A stretch of 64,000 bases of DNA from Antedon mediterranea (GCF_964355755.1 NC_092675.1:17580912-17644911), one strand, 5' to 3'; shown: positions 28,180 to 42,224, numbered from the stretch's first letter. The notes: generated by a model from the sequence alone, not told the origin. A program made the numbers and translations.

Positions 28180-30915
28180 TTAGTCTGGCTTGACTCACCA
28201 AGATCAACATTTTTGTAGTGTGATCGAACAAACATGGATCGATTCGTGCCTGGCTTGAAATCGATCTCACTCCAGGCAACTCAACCTAGATGAGCTACCC
28301 TGATTGACCCTGGGTTGGCCTTAGCGTGACAAAGATTGACATTCTTTTCTGGAATTTGGCCAATCACAGCCATCAACAATGTGTTCTTTATTGGGAAGTT
28401 TAGTGGATGTATAGCCAAATGGTTTTTTTCATAGATCATCTCACCCTTTTTCAATTTCATCAGACTTTCTAGATAACACATGAAGATATCAGAGGTTGTA
28501 ACTATCACCGGCAGTTTGTACACTGTGTATTGCCATTCATTGACGAAACTAACATTGGCAAGATGGGACGCCGCCTCTTTCTGCAATCGCAATGAGTCGC
28601 GGCAGGCTTGAGGCTGTAGTACTGTAGCCATAGTCTTAAGAGTTGTCAGTGTACCACTGTACATACAGTGTAGCATAAGAGAAATTACAGGATCCACCTT
28701 TTAATAAAATTTGACGTCATCAAAATGAAACATGAAGATAACAGTTTTGGAAGATACAGTAATCATCTGAGCATCAACATATAAAAATGTAGAATCGAGA
28801 TGCGCGCTCTTATTAATGTGATTAACTATGATGCAAAAGATGACTTTTTTACTTGCAATTGGTGATCAGACAAAATCCGACATGTTTACATGAACTTCTA
28901 CTATTCAACATCTTGAACCATCAAACGTGAGGGTCAATTTTTATTCTGAGGAGCTATAACATATTGAAATTTAAGTGACACAACATTAACATTGTTTGAT
29001 ATGATAATTCATAAACATTATTGTTTGTGATGCAGAAGATTATTAGAAAATATTAAAATTTGGAGAAAAATGGGATACGGATTTAAGCGAAAAATGTGAT
29101 GAGCCATATGATGACGTCACAGTTAAAACTTTTACATGGATTCATAACTTATCCGCTTGTACTGTATAACAAGTTAAAAACCTTTGATCCAGTAATTCAA
29201 TGTGTACGTATAGCGCGATCAACCCTTTGAGATGTGGCCCGTATCCCATACAAGGTAATTTACTGTCCCAGGACGCGAGGCCTGTATACTTTTTGAGCAT
29301 AAAACCAATTTTTCGGAAGGCCAAAACATTTCACATAACAATATAACCAACAATTGCAGAAAGTCATAACAATTTAAACAATTTTGATTATAAATTAAAT
29401 TTGCACATTTCTAAATTATAAATGTGCATTTAACTTTTGTGATTTTTTGTTTACCGTATGTTATTTTTAATTCACAAAAAGTTTGCCCTTTATTATAGTT
29501 TGACTCTGGATACTAAGAAAATGGCCGAAATCGTAGATTACCATATAAGAAGCTTGCATACGCCAGTGCAACCATGTCAAAGCCACATTATTTAAATGCT
29601 TGCCATATTTTATTATGTTATTTTATCCAAAATCATTTAAGAATTGAATCCTGCAGACCGATTTAAATTACCAAACATTCAGTCATTTGATGTGAATATC
29701 AGAAATATTTAAAACACATTTTATTACTCTTTTTTCGTAATATAATACAGTATATAATAGTAGTACATATTTTAAATCACTGTATTTAAAATGAATCTGA
29801 AAATAAAACATTCAGTAGAACTAAAGATAAATTCATTATTTCTGATGTACAAAATTAAAGGGAAAAAGTAATACGCGGTAATTTATCAAAAACAATTTGC
29901 ACTACAGTATTAACATGGGAAAGAACATAGTAACAACATTAATATACAACATCCATTAAATAGTTCAGTCAACAAATCAAATTTGTTTCTCATAAACATT
30001 ACTTTATAACAAAAGTGAAATCAGCAACAATTTTAAATAGCATTTAAAGCACTGGATATTCATCATCACCACCATTAATAGCAATATGGAAATATAAAAT
30101 GTCATATTAATTTCAATTCCTTGTTTGGTGAACTCTTCAATTTAAATTCATCTTTCCAAATGAGGCTTTCTCGTGATCTAACCACTAATTGTCAGTAATC
30201 TTACTTAATCCACAAGTATGAACATATGGCAAAGACACACCCCCTCAAACATCATCCATAATTATATACTACGCTATCTAGTTGAATGTAATGACAATTG
30301 CCGACTAAGTGCTAAAATGAATTCAACTTATTAACATATTTTATTCTTGCAATGAATTAAAAGCTACTACTACATACAGTTCAAATTCAAAAAGAAATAG
30401 AACATAATTTGATAAAAATTTAATTTGCTAAATAATTTATATAGTCTATTATTTATTATTATTTTATGGAATGGAAATTATTTGGCTAAAATAGTTCAGA
30501 ACTGCTTGATACTGTATCTCACTTGTCAGCTAGTACAATGGCCTAATAAGTTAACAATAATAACAGATGGTGAATTAGTCCTTTTCCTAAAGTTAAATTA
30601 GTTGAAAGCAGATATTGAATTGAAAATGAGTCTAGCAGCAGTTGGATAATGATGATGATGTTCTGGCAGTTCATGGCAGATCAAGCGTTTAATGTTAAAC
30701 TGTAGACTTACTGCTGACTACAGTTTACTACAGTGAAGAATACATTGGACTGGATTGTTTTTTAAATAAAAAACTGTATTTGATCCTAAACCAAGTCACC
30801 ACCTCAATGTCCAATCAATATCATCCAAACAGTAGTTGAACTCAGAGAAGTATAATATTATGTTAAAACTTAAAATCATTTACCAACCAAGATATAGTGT
30901 AGCATGTGTTTCAAT

Positions 30916-31846
30916 GGGCCCGTTTCTGCTGCCAACCCAAAATATACCGTATAAATATACCGTATAAATATACCGTATATATACCGTATATGAAATTCGT
31001 GCACCGTTTCCGCTGCACATACTTTGTGGGTGGGTTGTAAAAAAGTTGGCTTTCATTACCCAAAATGCATTTCGTGAGACGGAAGTATGGATTGACCTCG
31101 TGTAGTGAGGTTTTTACCTACCGGTACCGTATGCTGACAAAAACAAAACAATGATGGTTTCTCAAAACGTCGTAGCATTGCTTTCTATTTTAAATCTAAT
31201 GAGCAGAAGTGGCAACGAATTTACACCGCACATACAAGCACAATCTAGAAATGTCACTATAAATCAACTCTGTTATTCAAATTGAGTTTATATTATGCTA
31301 TATTATCCTATATTGCCGTTTTAATTTCCATTTTCTATTATACAGTATTTTACCATGATTTTACATCACGTTGTTGTGTAAGAACATTCGATTTATTGTA
31401 ATTAAAATCTCGGTATCTCTTCTGTTGCCATGCAGTCTCCCCCCAACTTTCGCTTCCCCCCACAATTGAATTGCAAAAATAGTGATTTGTTCGGTCCACA
31501 GTGACATTTTGATCTGTTGCTTGCTTTTACACGTGTGTTTCAACTTTCAGTGCAGCAGAAAAACCAAAACAAACGCGTCGCGCTCTGTTAGTTTTTGACC
31601 TCGTGTCATGAGTCGGGTCACATTTACGGTATATTTTGAGTGCAGCAGAAACGGGGAACGAAATATACGGTATATTTTGGAATATACCGTATAATATCCA
31701 CAAACGATGGGGATATTTATGCAGTATATATACCGCAAATATATACGGTATATTTTTTATGAGACCCATTTCTGCTGCCAAAAAATATACCGTATATAAA
31801 ATATACCGTATATATACGGTATATTTTTGGCAGCAGAAACGGGGCC
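30916..31846. mobile_element. MITE, PIF/Harbinger-like, with subterminal AATATACCGTAT arrays
   Basis: TIR GG(G/C)CCCGTTTCTGCTGCCAA; 3-bp TSD AAT on both sides. Confidence 0.85.
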
Positions 31847-32164
31847 AATGATGTACAGTAGGGCCAAATATTGGTGATTTAATACTGTACTACTGTACTT
31901 ATTATTATTTTTAGTAATTATCATTATTAAAAAGCGCATTTTAAAAGAAAAGTACATAAAGATAAATGTGAATGAAAGTTTAAAGGTGTTTCTTAAAATA
32001 CACTAGAAATAGTGGCAAATTACTATTCGATATTTAAGAACCTTGGACCTTTTTAGTGATAGAGGGACAGAAAGGTACACGGATGATCTAAGGCCAGAAC
32101 AACAAGGCAATGCAAATTAATGATATCATCTTTAATACATTTTGGGTAACTTTATGAACATGCA

Positions 32165-32225
32165 GTACGATCGATCTTAAAATCAACTCTCTGCTGGATC
32201 GGTATCCAATGCAGTTTGCTTAGTA
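32165..32225 (-). mobile_element. L2 LINE relic
   Basis: LHWIPIQQRVDFKI motif in track ORF 32152-32385. Confidence 0.6.
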
Positions 32226-32929
32226 ATAGATATATGAACGCTTGCTGGCAGTTTGATTCGCAACATGTATACAATTGGCATGTTATTGTACAAAAACCTT
32301 TTGCCATTGATATAAAACAGGCCTGATGACCCCATAGCATAATCAGTCTCAGTTTATTATATTTTAAATGCAATTGATTAAACAAAATTTTTACAGGTTG
32401 TCATGATTAGAGAAAGACTTCATTCAATAAAAATATTCATCCAGCAAAATGGATTATAGTGTATTAATGAAAGTGCATTGAGGGATAGGATAGAAACAAA
32501 CCCACAAACAAAGAAGTATTCTTTAACTACAGTAGAAACAGGGTAAAATAACTTGTTCGGATGACTGAGCAAGTATGCTATTTAAAAACATGCTGCAAAT
32601 TCTAAACCTTAATACTTGTTTAACAGAGTTTGAAATGATAAATATGGTCATTTTCACAATCAGTGGTGTAACTTTTGTACTGTCAGGTCCAAAATTTCAA
32701 ATGAAGTATATAACATTACAATACTTTTACTAAAATCATGGAACAAAATATATGAAATTTTAACAATTTTACTTTTTGGAGCTTAATTACTTTAGTATTT
32801 TTGTGAAATCATGTCATATCCACCGTAAAACGGGTAATCTGAGAAAAATAATATTTTTGTTGTCAACAAAGATAATTGAAAAAATATCTGCAATGAATTT
32901 ACCCTAAAATCATTTTGGGGTTGGATAAC

Positions 32930-33207
32930 CATGGCAGATTTAGGGGGATGAATATGGTGGCTAGCAACCCCCTTAAAAAAAATGATACAACCAACCCCAG
33001 CGACTGTCGCTAGACATCGATTCGACGCACCTGACCCTTTTAATTAAGAAGGGTAGGCCTAGAGCTAGGGTTAGCATTATACTATAGTTGTGTAAATAGG
33101 CCTACATAGTGAAAGAGCCATTCAAGAGTTTAAAAAGAAAACATTTGATTTAAAATCTTTGGAAAATATACCCACAACTCGGTTATTTTCAAAACACACG
33201 CACTCCT
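32930..33207 (+). mobile_element. Diverged partial copy of the left end of the 33810-34909 element
   Basis: Colinear match to about 33810-34114. Confidence 0.8.
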
Positions 33208-33809
33208 ACTACACATTGTCCTGGTAAAAAATTCCCACGTACAACATTTTTTTACTCGTACAGTGCGCTCGGAGTATAAAAAACATGTTTTTTTCACTTG
33301 AATTATATTTTTCCAGGTTTTTCTAGTAATTTTTTAAAAAAATAGACGATTTCAACTTGAAATGACATCATATAAAGTTACAAAGTAAATTGTCAAAATT
33401 ATGCCTATTAAATACGGTAAGAGCTAATAGTTCAAAATAGTAATTTGAATCTACAATTATAGCTCCTCAGGATCACCGTAACCCCTCAATCTTATAATGC
33501 AAGTAGATACTGTAAATTGTAGATATGAATTCATACAACATTGTTACCTCTCGGATGTTATGACGTCATCGTATGGCCATCCGAATATAAAATATATTTT
33601 ACATATTCAATTTTCTTGTACTGTACATGTTAAAATGTTGTTGCTGAGATAATTTCCTTAAATTGTTATTTTCGTGTTTCATTTTGATAACGCCACTATG
33701 TGTGGCAAACGAATTCACAAATTATTTACCGAGTTGAACATTTTATATGTTGGTGTTTCGGTGTTGCTAAACTCCGCAAACCTAAAAAAAGTGATTGAAT
33801 CATGTAGTG

Positions 33810-34909
33810 CAGTGGCGGATCTAGGGGGGGTGAATAGGGTGGCTAGCCACCCCCCTTAATTCTCAAAAAAAAAAAAAAAAGATGCAACCTAATCGCGATT
33901 GACCGTCGCTAGACGTAGATTAATCTTTTAATTAAGAAGAGTAGGCCTAGCTAGGCCCTACTACAGCTAGGGTTAGCATTAATAGTTGTGTGTAAATAGG
34001 CCTACACAGTGAAAGAGCTAAGAGTTCAATTACTATTATGAATTCAAGAGTTTAAAAAGAAAACACGATTTACAATCTTCGGAAAATACCCATTTTCAAA
34101 ACACACGCACTCCTAAAACTACCAGCGTCACGTTGTCAAGCTCGCTTCTCGTGTGAATGCTGACGTCATCACTCTCCAAAATACACCATTTTCCATTGCA
34201 GTTAATTTCCGCCGCCCTGGTCCGTGTGTGCACAAGCGTTAGCGTGGTATATTTACACCCCTGAGTGGAGTGTAATATCGGGAACTTTTTTCTCGCGCAT
34301 GAAAGTTTTTTGTATAATATTATGGTATGCAGTATAAACGATAAAAATAAACGAGAAACATGGTGTTCTTTTATTATTTTATAGGCATAAAATAAACATG
34401 AAATGTCTTGTATGTACACACGGGACGGCCGAAAAAAGTATGTGGCGTATTTGGCGTTTTTTGATTTGTGTTATAGACACGGCGATTACTGCAATCATTG
34501 TATACCAAATTACATTGAGTTATTCACCCGGCTGTAGGGTATATATCTCTGAGGTTAACAGACCACCAAAACACGGTACACAACACATGCACTCTATCGA
34601 GGCATTTTCGGAGTACCGCATTACCAAATGTTCATTTTGTTTGAAGGTTTTTCGATCAAAGTTTATTATTAGTTCGTCGAAAAAGATCCGTACAGTATTT
34701 AGGAAGGATGTATTTAAATTTACATTATGTAATATTTGTTATTAAGTGTGATGGAAACAGTTTCTCTAGCCTATTAAACAGTGTGTAAGCATCTATTTTT
34801 TCAAAATTTTTTGGAGCCTCAGGAGGGGGACACCCCCTCCCAAACCCTCCCCCGCTCGTTTCCCACTACCGTGGCCACCCCCTCTCGTCAGATCCTAGAT
34901 CCGCCACTG
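33810..34909. mobile_element. Non-autonomous DNA transposon with CAGTGGCGGATCTAG TIRs and a 5-bp TSD
   Basis: TIRs at both ends; TSD TAGTG at 33805-33809 and 34910-34914; partial copies at 32930-33207 and 12761-13174. Confidence 0.85.
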
Positions 34910-36081
34910 TAGTGTACGACCCACTGGGTATATCCATGTAAAAAAAATATTAAATTTCTACTGTTAACTATTAACTTATTTTTGGGGTAAAACATCATTT
35001 TTTGGTCAAAAATGATTGCTAAACCCCGCAAACCTCCAAAAAAACATAGCAAACCCCACATCTGCATTGACGACAAGTACTGGAAATATGACCACAAAAA
35101 TGGAAGGCCGTCGATCTACAGTACCTCCCTATATTTAATCATACACTGCCTGGCGGCAAGGCTTTCCCGACAATGATTTGTCCTGTATGTTTTTAGGCCA
35201 CCATTCTGATTCAGTGTTTACTCTATAAATTACCGTAGCTTTAGTTTTTAGAAGTATGGATACGGTACCATATCTTTAGCTACAACGTATAATTATTTAA
35301 GCTAATTTTTCCAGAATATTAATAATAATATATAGGCCTATATTGGGTAAATAACCTATAATATCGCATTTTTCGTCTCTTTGTTGCACCAATGGAAGCC
35401 TAGTAATAGTATGGTTTGCAACTAAAAAAAATAATGTTTTTGTATTATTGTACCTACCTTTTTCCCTCGTTGAATCATGTCGCAAATAAGGTACGACCCT
35501 CTGGATGAATACGGTAAGCAAAGAAAAATATACATAAGGAACATTTGACATGCCATATACGCGACCGATTCGAAACGCGACCGAAATGATATGTAACCCT
35601 CTAGGCCCAGGACCTCCTAGGCGGAAGGCTCATTCTAGGCCTAGGCTAGGCCTATGCCTACAACGGATGCCCCTACTACAACTTACATACAGCAAAAGCT
35701 TTTATGAAGCAAATTTACCACCTGAAACAAAACATTTTTTTAGATATTAAATAGACCTTTTAATACGTAGCATACCTTTAAAAAATATCACAACAACTAT
35801 TTCTTAAACATGTTAAAAGTGTGTTCTTTCTACTTCTTTTAGCCTTCCAAATAGCAATTGGTTATAACGACGAACGAAGCTGTGTCGAATCCCGGAAGAA
35901 GTCTCCCACCAGAGCACACACACGGTGTGGTGGTGGTGTTCATCATCAAAACATACGTACGACGTACACACACACCGCACCAACCACACTGCAGCAAAAA
36001 AAGAGGAGAGAAAGCAAGTAATTGAGGGCGCTTATATGTTTTGTTTCCCAGCAGAGCAATTATAATGTTTCCTTACAGTTG

Positions 36082-37772
36082 TTTTAGTCTTAAGCTAGCT
36101 CACTATGTCGGTCGGTTGGCTGGTCGGTCAGTCGGTTGGCCGGTCGGTTGGCCGGTCGGTCGGTTGGTCGGTAAACTAAAAAATGGCGAATTGTTTTTAG
36201 AAATCACTTTGTGGGATTATACTAGGGTACCTCCTTATTCGTCCAGTATAAGTTAGAGTAGGACCACTGGTCCCGTTTACTCAGCCCTCAACTTTAAAAT
36301 TTTAGTGTAACTCAATTACGATTTTTAATATACACATTAGTGTCCAGTATAAGTTAGAGTAGGACCATTGGTCCCGTTTATACATCCCTCGTCTTTTAAA
36401 TTTTAGTGTATCTCGATCACATATTTTAAAATAATAGTGAAATTTGATACTGTTTGTGAGAAAATGGCGGGTTGTTCATGAGAGTCACTTGGTGGGATTA
36501 TACTAGGGTACCTCCTTAGTCGTTCAGTATAAGTTAGAGTAGGACCACTGGTTCCGTTTGCACAGCCCTCATCTTTAAATTTGTGAGTGTAACTCAATTA
36601 CGATTTTTTAAATATATTAAAATTTGATACTCTATTTGTGAGAAAATAGCGAATTGTTCTTGGAAGTCACTTTGTGGGATTATACTAGGGTACCTCCTTA
36701 TTCGTCCAGCATAAGTTAGAGTAGGACCACAGGTCCAGTTTACTCAGCCCTCATCTCTAAAAGCTGAGTGTAACTCAATTAAGATGTTTAATATATAGTG
36801 AAATTTGATACTGTTTTTGTAAAAATAACGGATTGTACCTGGAAGTCACTAGGTGGGATTATACTGGAGTACCTCCTTAGTCCTTCAGTATAAGTTAGAG
36901 TAGGACCACTGGTCCTGTTTACTCAGCCCTCATCTTTATAATTTGAGTGTAACTCAATTACGATTAATATTTTTAAATATAGTGAAAATTGATACTGTAA
37001 TTGTGAGAAAATGGCGGATTGTTCCTGGTAGTCCTTGGTGGGATTATACAAGGGTACCTCCTTAGTCGTTCAGTATAAGTTAGAGTAGGACCACTGGTCG
37101 TCCCGTTTACTCAGCAGTCTGCATCTTTAAAATTTGAGTGTAACTCAATTACAATTTTTAAAATATAGTGAAATTTGACACTGTATTTGTGAGAAAATGG
37201 AGGATTGTTCCTGGTAGTCACTTGGTGGGATTATACATCCTTAATCGTCCAGTATATTAGAGTAGAACCACTGATCCCGTTTACTCAGACCTCATCTTTT
37301 AAATTTGAGTGTAACGCAATTACGATTTTTAATATAGGCCTAGTGAAATTTGATACTGAAAACGGTGGATTGCTCCTGGGCGAGTCACCTGGTGGAATTA
37401 TACTAAGGTACCTCCTTAGTCGTCCAGTATAAGATAGAGTAGGACCACTGGTCCCGTTTACTCATCCCTTGTCTTTTAAATTTGATAGTAATATAAATCA
37501 ATTAATAATTTTTGATATATAGTAAAATTTCATACTGTATTTGTGAGAAAATGGCGGATTGTTCCTGGGAGTCACTTGATGGGATTTTACAAGGGTACAT
37601 CCTTAGGCGTCCAGTATAAGATAGAGTAGGACCACTGGTCCCGTTTTCTCAGCCCTCATCTTTTAAATTTGAGTGTAACTCAATTACGATTTAAATATAT
37701 ATTAAAATTTAGATACTGTATTTTGTGAGAAAATGGCGGATTGTTCCTGGTAGTCACTTGGTGGGATTATTA
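36082..37772 (+). repeat. ~180-bp satellite array (about 9 units) headed by a (GGTC/GGTT)n tract; Helentron/DINE-like arrangement
   Basis: Unit AAAATGGCGGATTGTTCCTGG...GTAGGACCACTGGTCCC...GATACTGTATTTGTGAG starts near 36179, 36460, 36642, 36821, 37007, 37194, 37359, 37547 and 37729. Confidence 0.92.
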
Positions 37773-40194
37773 CTATTATTACAAGTTAGTTATATTACCT
37801 ATATTTAGTCATCTGATAACATTTTTAACCACATCGTTTATTTTTTTTCATAGTTATTTTAAAATGCCTTTCTATTTACAACATTTGTTACAAAGGAATA
37901 GAGAATTTACTGTGTAATTTGAACTGATAAGAAAGTGCTTATACTCAGATCGATAATTATTGGAATGGATGTATGAGCAATATAAATTACCGCACCTGGC
38001 CTTTAAAGGCAACTGTAGCCGCAGTAAGATGTTGTCTAAAGTCTAAAAAAATCTACAGGCTGGGCTCGGTTTAGTCAGTACAAAAAGTGAAACAATTTTA
38101 TCAACTGAAGAAAGATGTTACAATCAAAGAAAATGACAAAACAATGCCATAGACCTATATCTATCCAAACCTGCCACCCTCTTATGTTTTTCGGCAAGTA
38201 TAAGTGGCAAGACCTATAAATACTGTTTAGTTTAGTAAAGTTATTTGTAAGAGTTCCATCCTTATTTGACAAGGTAGCTGGTCACATTCTAGACCATTGA
38301 TGAGCAAAATCTGCACAAATTACTACATGGTAACTTAAAGAGCACCTGCACGTACCGACCATGTTTTTATCGGTTTACACATCAATATAGTCATGTCAAA
38401 GAATTTAATTGAGGAGACTAATGATTATAATCTATATTGTACGTGTCCACAGTTTATCCGAAAAGAAAACAACAGATACGAACAAATAACTTCAGTTACT
38501 TTTGAACTAGTACTTAGTTACTGTGTTTTGGGATTGATGGACTTGGTGAAAAAGACATTACTATCTCACTATGGTTTAGACTGAGGTAAACAAAAATCAA
38601 ACTTTTAATAGGCCAGTACTAAAAATCCCTGTCCCTGACTATATACAGAAGGTTTAAAAAGGCTACGGCAAAGAACGTACTGTAAAGATGCATGTTAACT
38701 AATGGTGTTATTACTGTGGTTCCCTTTTATTACACATATTGCATAATGTAGCCTACAAAGTTATGTGCGAAGATAAAAATTACATTCCTACAATGTTGAA
38801 CCCAGCATTCTCTATAGGAGTAATGGTTCCAGCTGTACAAGATAAATTTTGTTTAAAATGTTTTGTATAATCAACAACACCGGCCTTGGCAAATTCACCT
38901 AATAATAATTGTTTAAAAAAATATGAGAAAACTACTATACGCCTACTACAAGAAATTGCACTCGTAATCAACATTACAGCAAATACATATAAACATCATG
39001 TGGTTTTGCATTGAAAATAAGGGGTGGGGGAGCATACCCAAAAAATATATGTGGGGTGAGAGAAGCTAAGTCTGTATGACTGAATAATCAGAACAATGTT
39101 TAAATGGACTTTAACAGATGGACTTAGAATATTGGCCCAAATACAACCAGCTTGATGATAGGCAGACCGGGAAGAGGGAACAGTGAAATAGGGTTTAATA
39201 TGTTCAGGGCTTCTTTAGTTGGTGGTATGTTTTCATATGATTGCTGATTTTTTTAGAAAAGATTAGCGCCAAACATAATGAATGATCCTCCTTACAATTT
39301 TCAAGACTGAGAAGGGGCAACGCGTATTGCGATTTACTCAGACCAGATTGAATATTTCATATGTTGTGTATATACGAAAAAGTGGATGATGCTAGATTCA
39401 CCAAAAAGAGGTTTATAATCTGATCCAAGTGTAATGTTGAATTAAGACACAAGCAGTTAATATACAAAATATGGTAAAATGTCATATACTGTACAGACTG
39501 TAGGTCCAGATCTATTATTTTTAACTAACTCCAATGGTATGGAGTTAAATGCATATGTTTCTATTAAACGTGAATAGAAACTAGTACTTCATTTTCCATT
39601 ATGTTAGTGTTTTCTGGAAGTATAGTTTACAAGTTCTTAGAAATCGGACATTATCTGAGGTCCAAGGTCAAATTTCAAATGGCCTCAAATCTTAAAAGTT
39701 GTGAATTTTCGATACAAGTTGCCCTACCAAGTGTTTTTATTCCTTTTTTACATTAAATTCATATTAATAATAATAATATTGTAGGCTAATGACAATTTTG
39801 AGTAAATGATGTACCATCCCAAATATGAACAATAAAGATTTATAAAATCAGTCTTTTAATAGGCTATTTTTCAGTTTTAATAAAGGTATTCAATTCTCAT
39901 TCATTGGGGTTTTTTTTCTGTTGAGGAAAAAAAGTTATTCAATTGCATAGAAAAAAATATGATTTCACATATTTATTTAAAAAAATAGAATAAACTGATC
40001 GTCTGACAGAATTTGATTAAAAATTACAGTTTTTTCAGGTAAATAATTTTTTTGCCAATTCAATTTTTGGTCAAAGTGAATAACTATTATGATGTGACAT
40101 TAAAATGTTTTAAAAAATTTTTTTTTTCAGGAGGACAATATATCTTCAAAATTAAAAACTTATACTGTTAGTCAAGAGTCTAGAAAAAAGGCCA

Positions 40195-40278
40195 TTGGCT
40201 GCAGTCGCGTGCTCAAGTTAGTGTTTACCGACCAACCGACCAACACAGTGAGCTGTAGAGTTGCATGCGACTAAAAAT
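40195..40278 (-). mobile_element. Short copy of the Helentron/DINE-like head
   Basis: Reverse complement TTTTTAGTCGCATGCAACTCTACAGCTCACTGTGTTGGTCGGTTGGTCGGTAAAC matches 36082-36177. Confidence 0.6.
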
Positions 40279-41239
40279 AACTGATACTAAAATCTTGTAA
40301 TAATTAGAATGCAAATTTCTTTCAATTAAAGGTACTTTTCTACGTTGAAAAAAAACAGAGCATTTGCGAAACGTACTAATATTTTATTTATTTTTCTCGC
40401 AGTATTTATTAGATCAACAAAATGGAAATTTACCTACACATTTATATTGTACCATAGAATATACATACAATGGAAACAGCAATAAAAAACAAGAATTTTA
40501 AATTTGTATCAAATTACGTATGTGTTTAGTCAGTGCCCTATCTATGTATTAACAATACAGTATTTTAAATAAATTAAGATTAAACAACTTCATCCTCCTT
40601 CGGTTTCGAATCAATAATGCGCAGCGCCACCACCAGTTTTTAAAAGTTAACTAGCCTCAAAGAATATATAACACAAGAATGAATATCCGGGATTTTTGCA
40701 TTAGAAATTTGTAACAGAGAGTGATGCCCGCAATCAGATGTATACAGACTAAAAAAGACTTGATTTAATATTATACATGTCACATTAAGTAGAATTATGA
40801 TAATAAATTTTACAATTATAAAACATTTTATAAAACATAGTTAATAACAAACTAGTGTACATTCACTTCTACAAAGAAAGGCCGAACAGCAAAACAAAAA
40901 AACAAAAACAACTAAGCATTTACTCAGCATGGCCTATTCTTTGCCATTGCCGCGTACTAATCTACGCCCGGTAAATTAAGTAATGTTTTTATGATATAAA
41001 TTAGTATAAATACATGTTATTAATAGGATACAATTTTAAATTTATTTAACTTTTTTTTTCAGAAACAAGTTAAATATAGAAATATTATTAAACTATCCTT
41101 CGTGAAAAACGCGTAATCAACAACACGCCCGGTTGTGCCCGGTTGATGAAGCGAACTGTTTAGACGGCAATTTTTTACTAAATAAATTGCATGAAACGCG
41201 ACAAAAAATAACTACACTGTGATTCACTGTCGTTAAAAT

Positions 41240-42224
41240 TGTTAACTTTAAAGGCAGTCTTATTATTAGCTCGACAGGACGCGTATCTTTCTTAGTTTAT
41301 ATCAATCTTGAAAGTTTGGTCACATCTTCAAGTAATTTGAAATTTGTACCATCATCCACTCTTAAAACAATCTAGGCTGGAGTAGGCCTACGGTCTATAA
41401 GGGACATGGACATTGAGGCGTTGGACGATAAGCGTTTATGCCCGGTTGAAGCCACCTCAAAGTATTTACTCAGAACAAAGATCATTAAAGGTTCTGAGAA
41501 AAAAGTATTTATAAGTCACCAGAAACCTCACCGTAAGGTAACCTCATCTACGATTACAAGATGGATGGTGGAAATGATGGGAATGGGTAATACGGACATG
41601 CACGTGGTGCATCTACCTCTCGTAGATTAGGTGTGTCGATGAAAGATATACAAGATACTGCGGATTGGAAATCCGATACTACTTTTAATCGATTTTATCA
41701 TAAACCCACATCTAATACAGTAGTGGCGAGAGCATTGTTAAGTTTAGCTACAAAGTCGCATATTGATTCGAAACCGAAGGAGGATGAAGTATAATTGATG
41801 ATTATGCAAGGGTTCCCTCCCTATTGTAAGTTATTCTTGTAACTACAATAAGTTGCCCATGCCCTTCGTAACATAGTTTCATTACATTACAAGTCACATA
41901 GATTCATGGTCCGTCACAGGGTACTATAGATTAGTATAGCACTGTAGTACAACAATTTGTATATGTTGTATTGTACAATAAAAGTTGCATTATTTAACGT
42001 TACAATGTTAAATATTTTAAGTTGAGTTTTTACTTATCTTTCGAAATTACAAAAAAATATATATATATTATAATTAGCCCGACTCAGTATTTCCTAACGG
42101 ACGAAACCCATCCACAATGATTAGCCACAGCCAACAAAATGCATATTGATTCTCACCTCCGGAGGACTCGTGTAATCTCGATTATACTTCAGGTATAGAT
42201 ACTCTTGCATGATCATCAATTATA
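41240..42224 (+). mobile_element. DIRS1-type retroelement 3' relic: degenerate tyrosine recombinase plus terminal repeats
   Basis: LCPV...YL.RT...VFISHQKPH..VTSSTITRW; after a frameshift, RGASTS...GVS...ADW....TF.RFYHKP; inverted segments at 41790-41810 and 42204-42224. Confidence 0.8.

Noticed and set aside
28281-28697. 138-aa ORF
   Set aside because: No recognisable motif, non-ATG start, and it lies among repeat fragments
31361-31957. Cluster of short overlapping ORFs
   Set aside because: Inside a palindromic MITE; no transposase motifs
34096-34745. ORFs of 107 and 115 aa
   Set aside because: Inside a non-autonomous element; no transposase signature recognised
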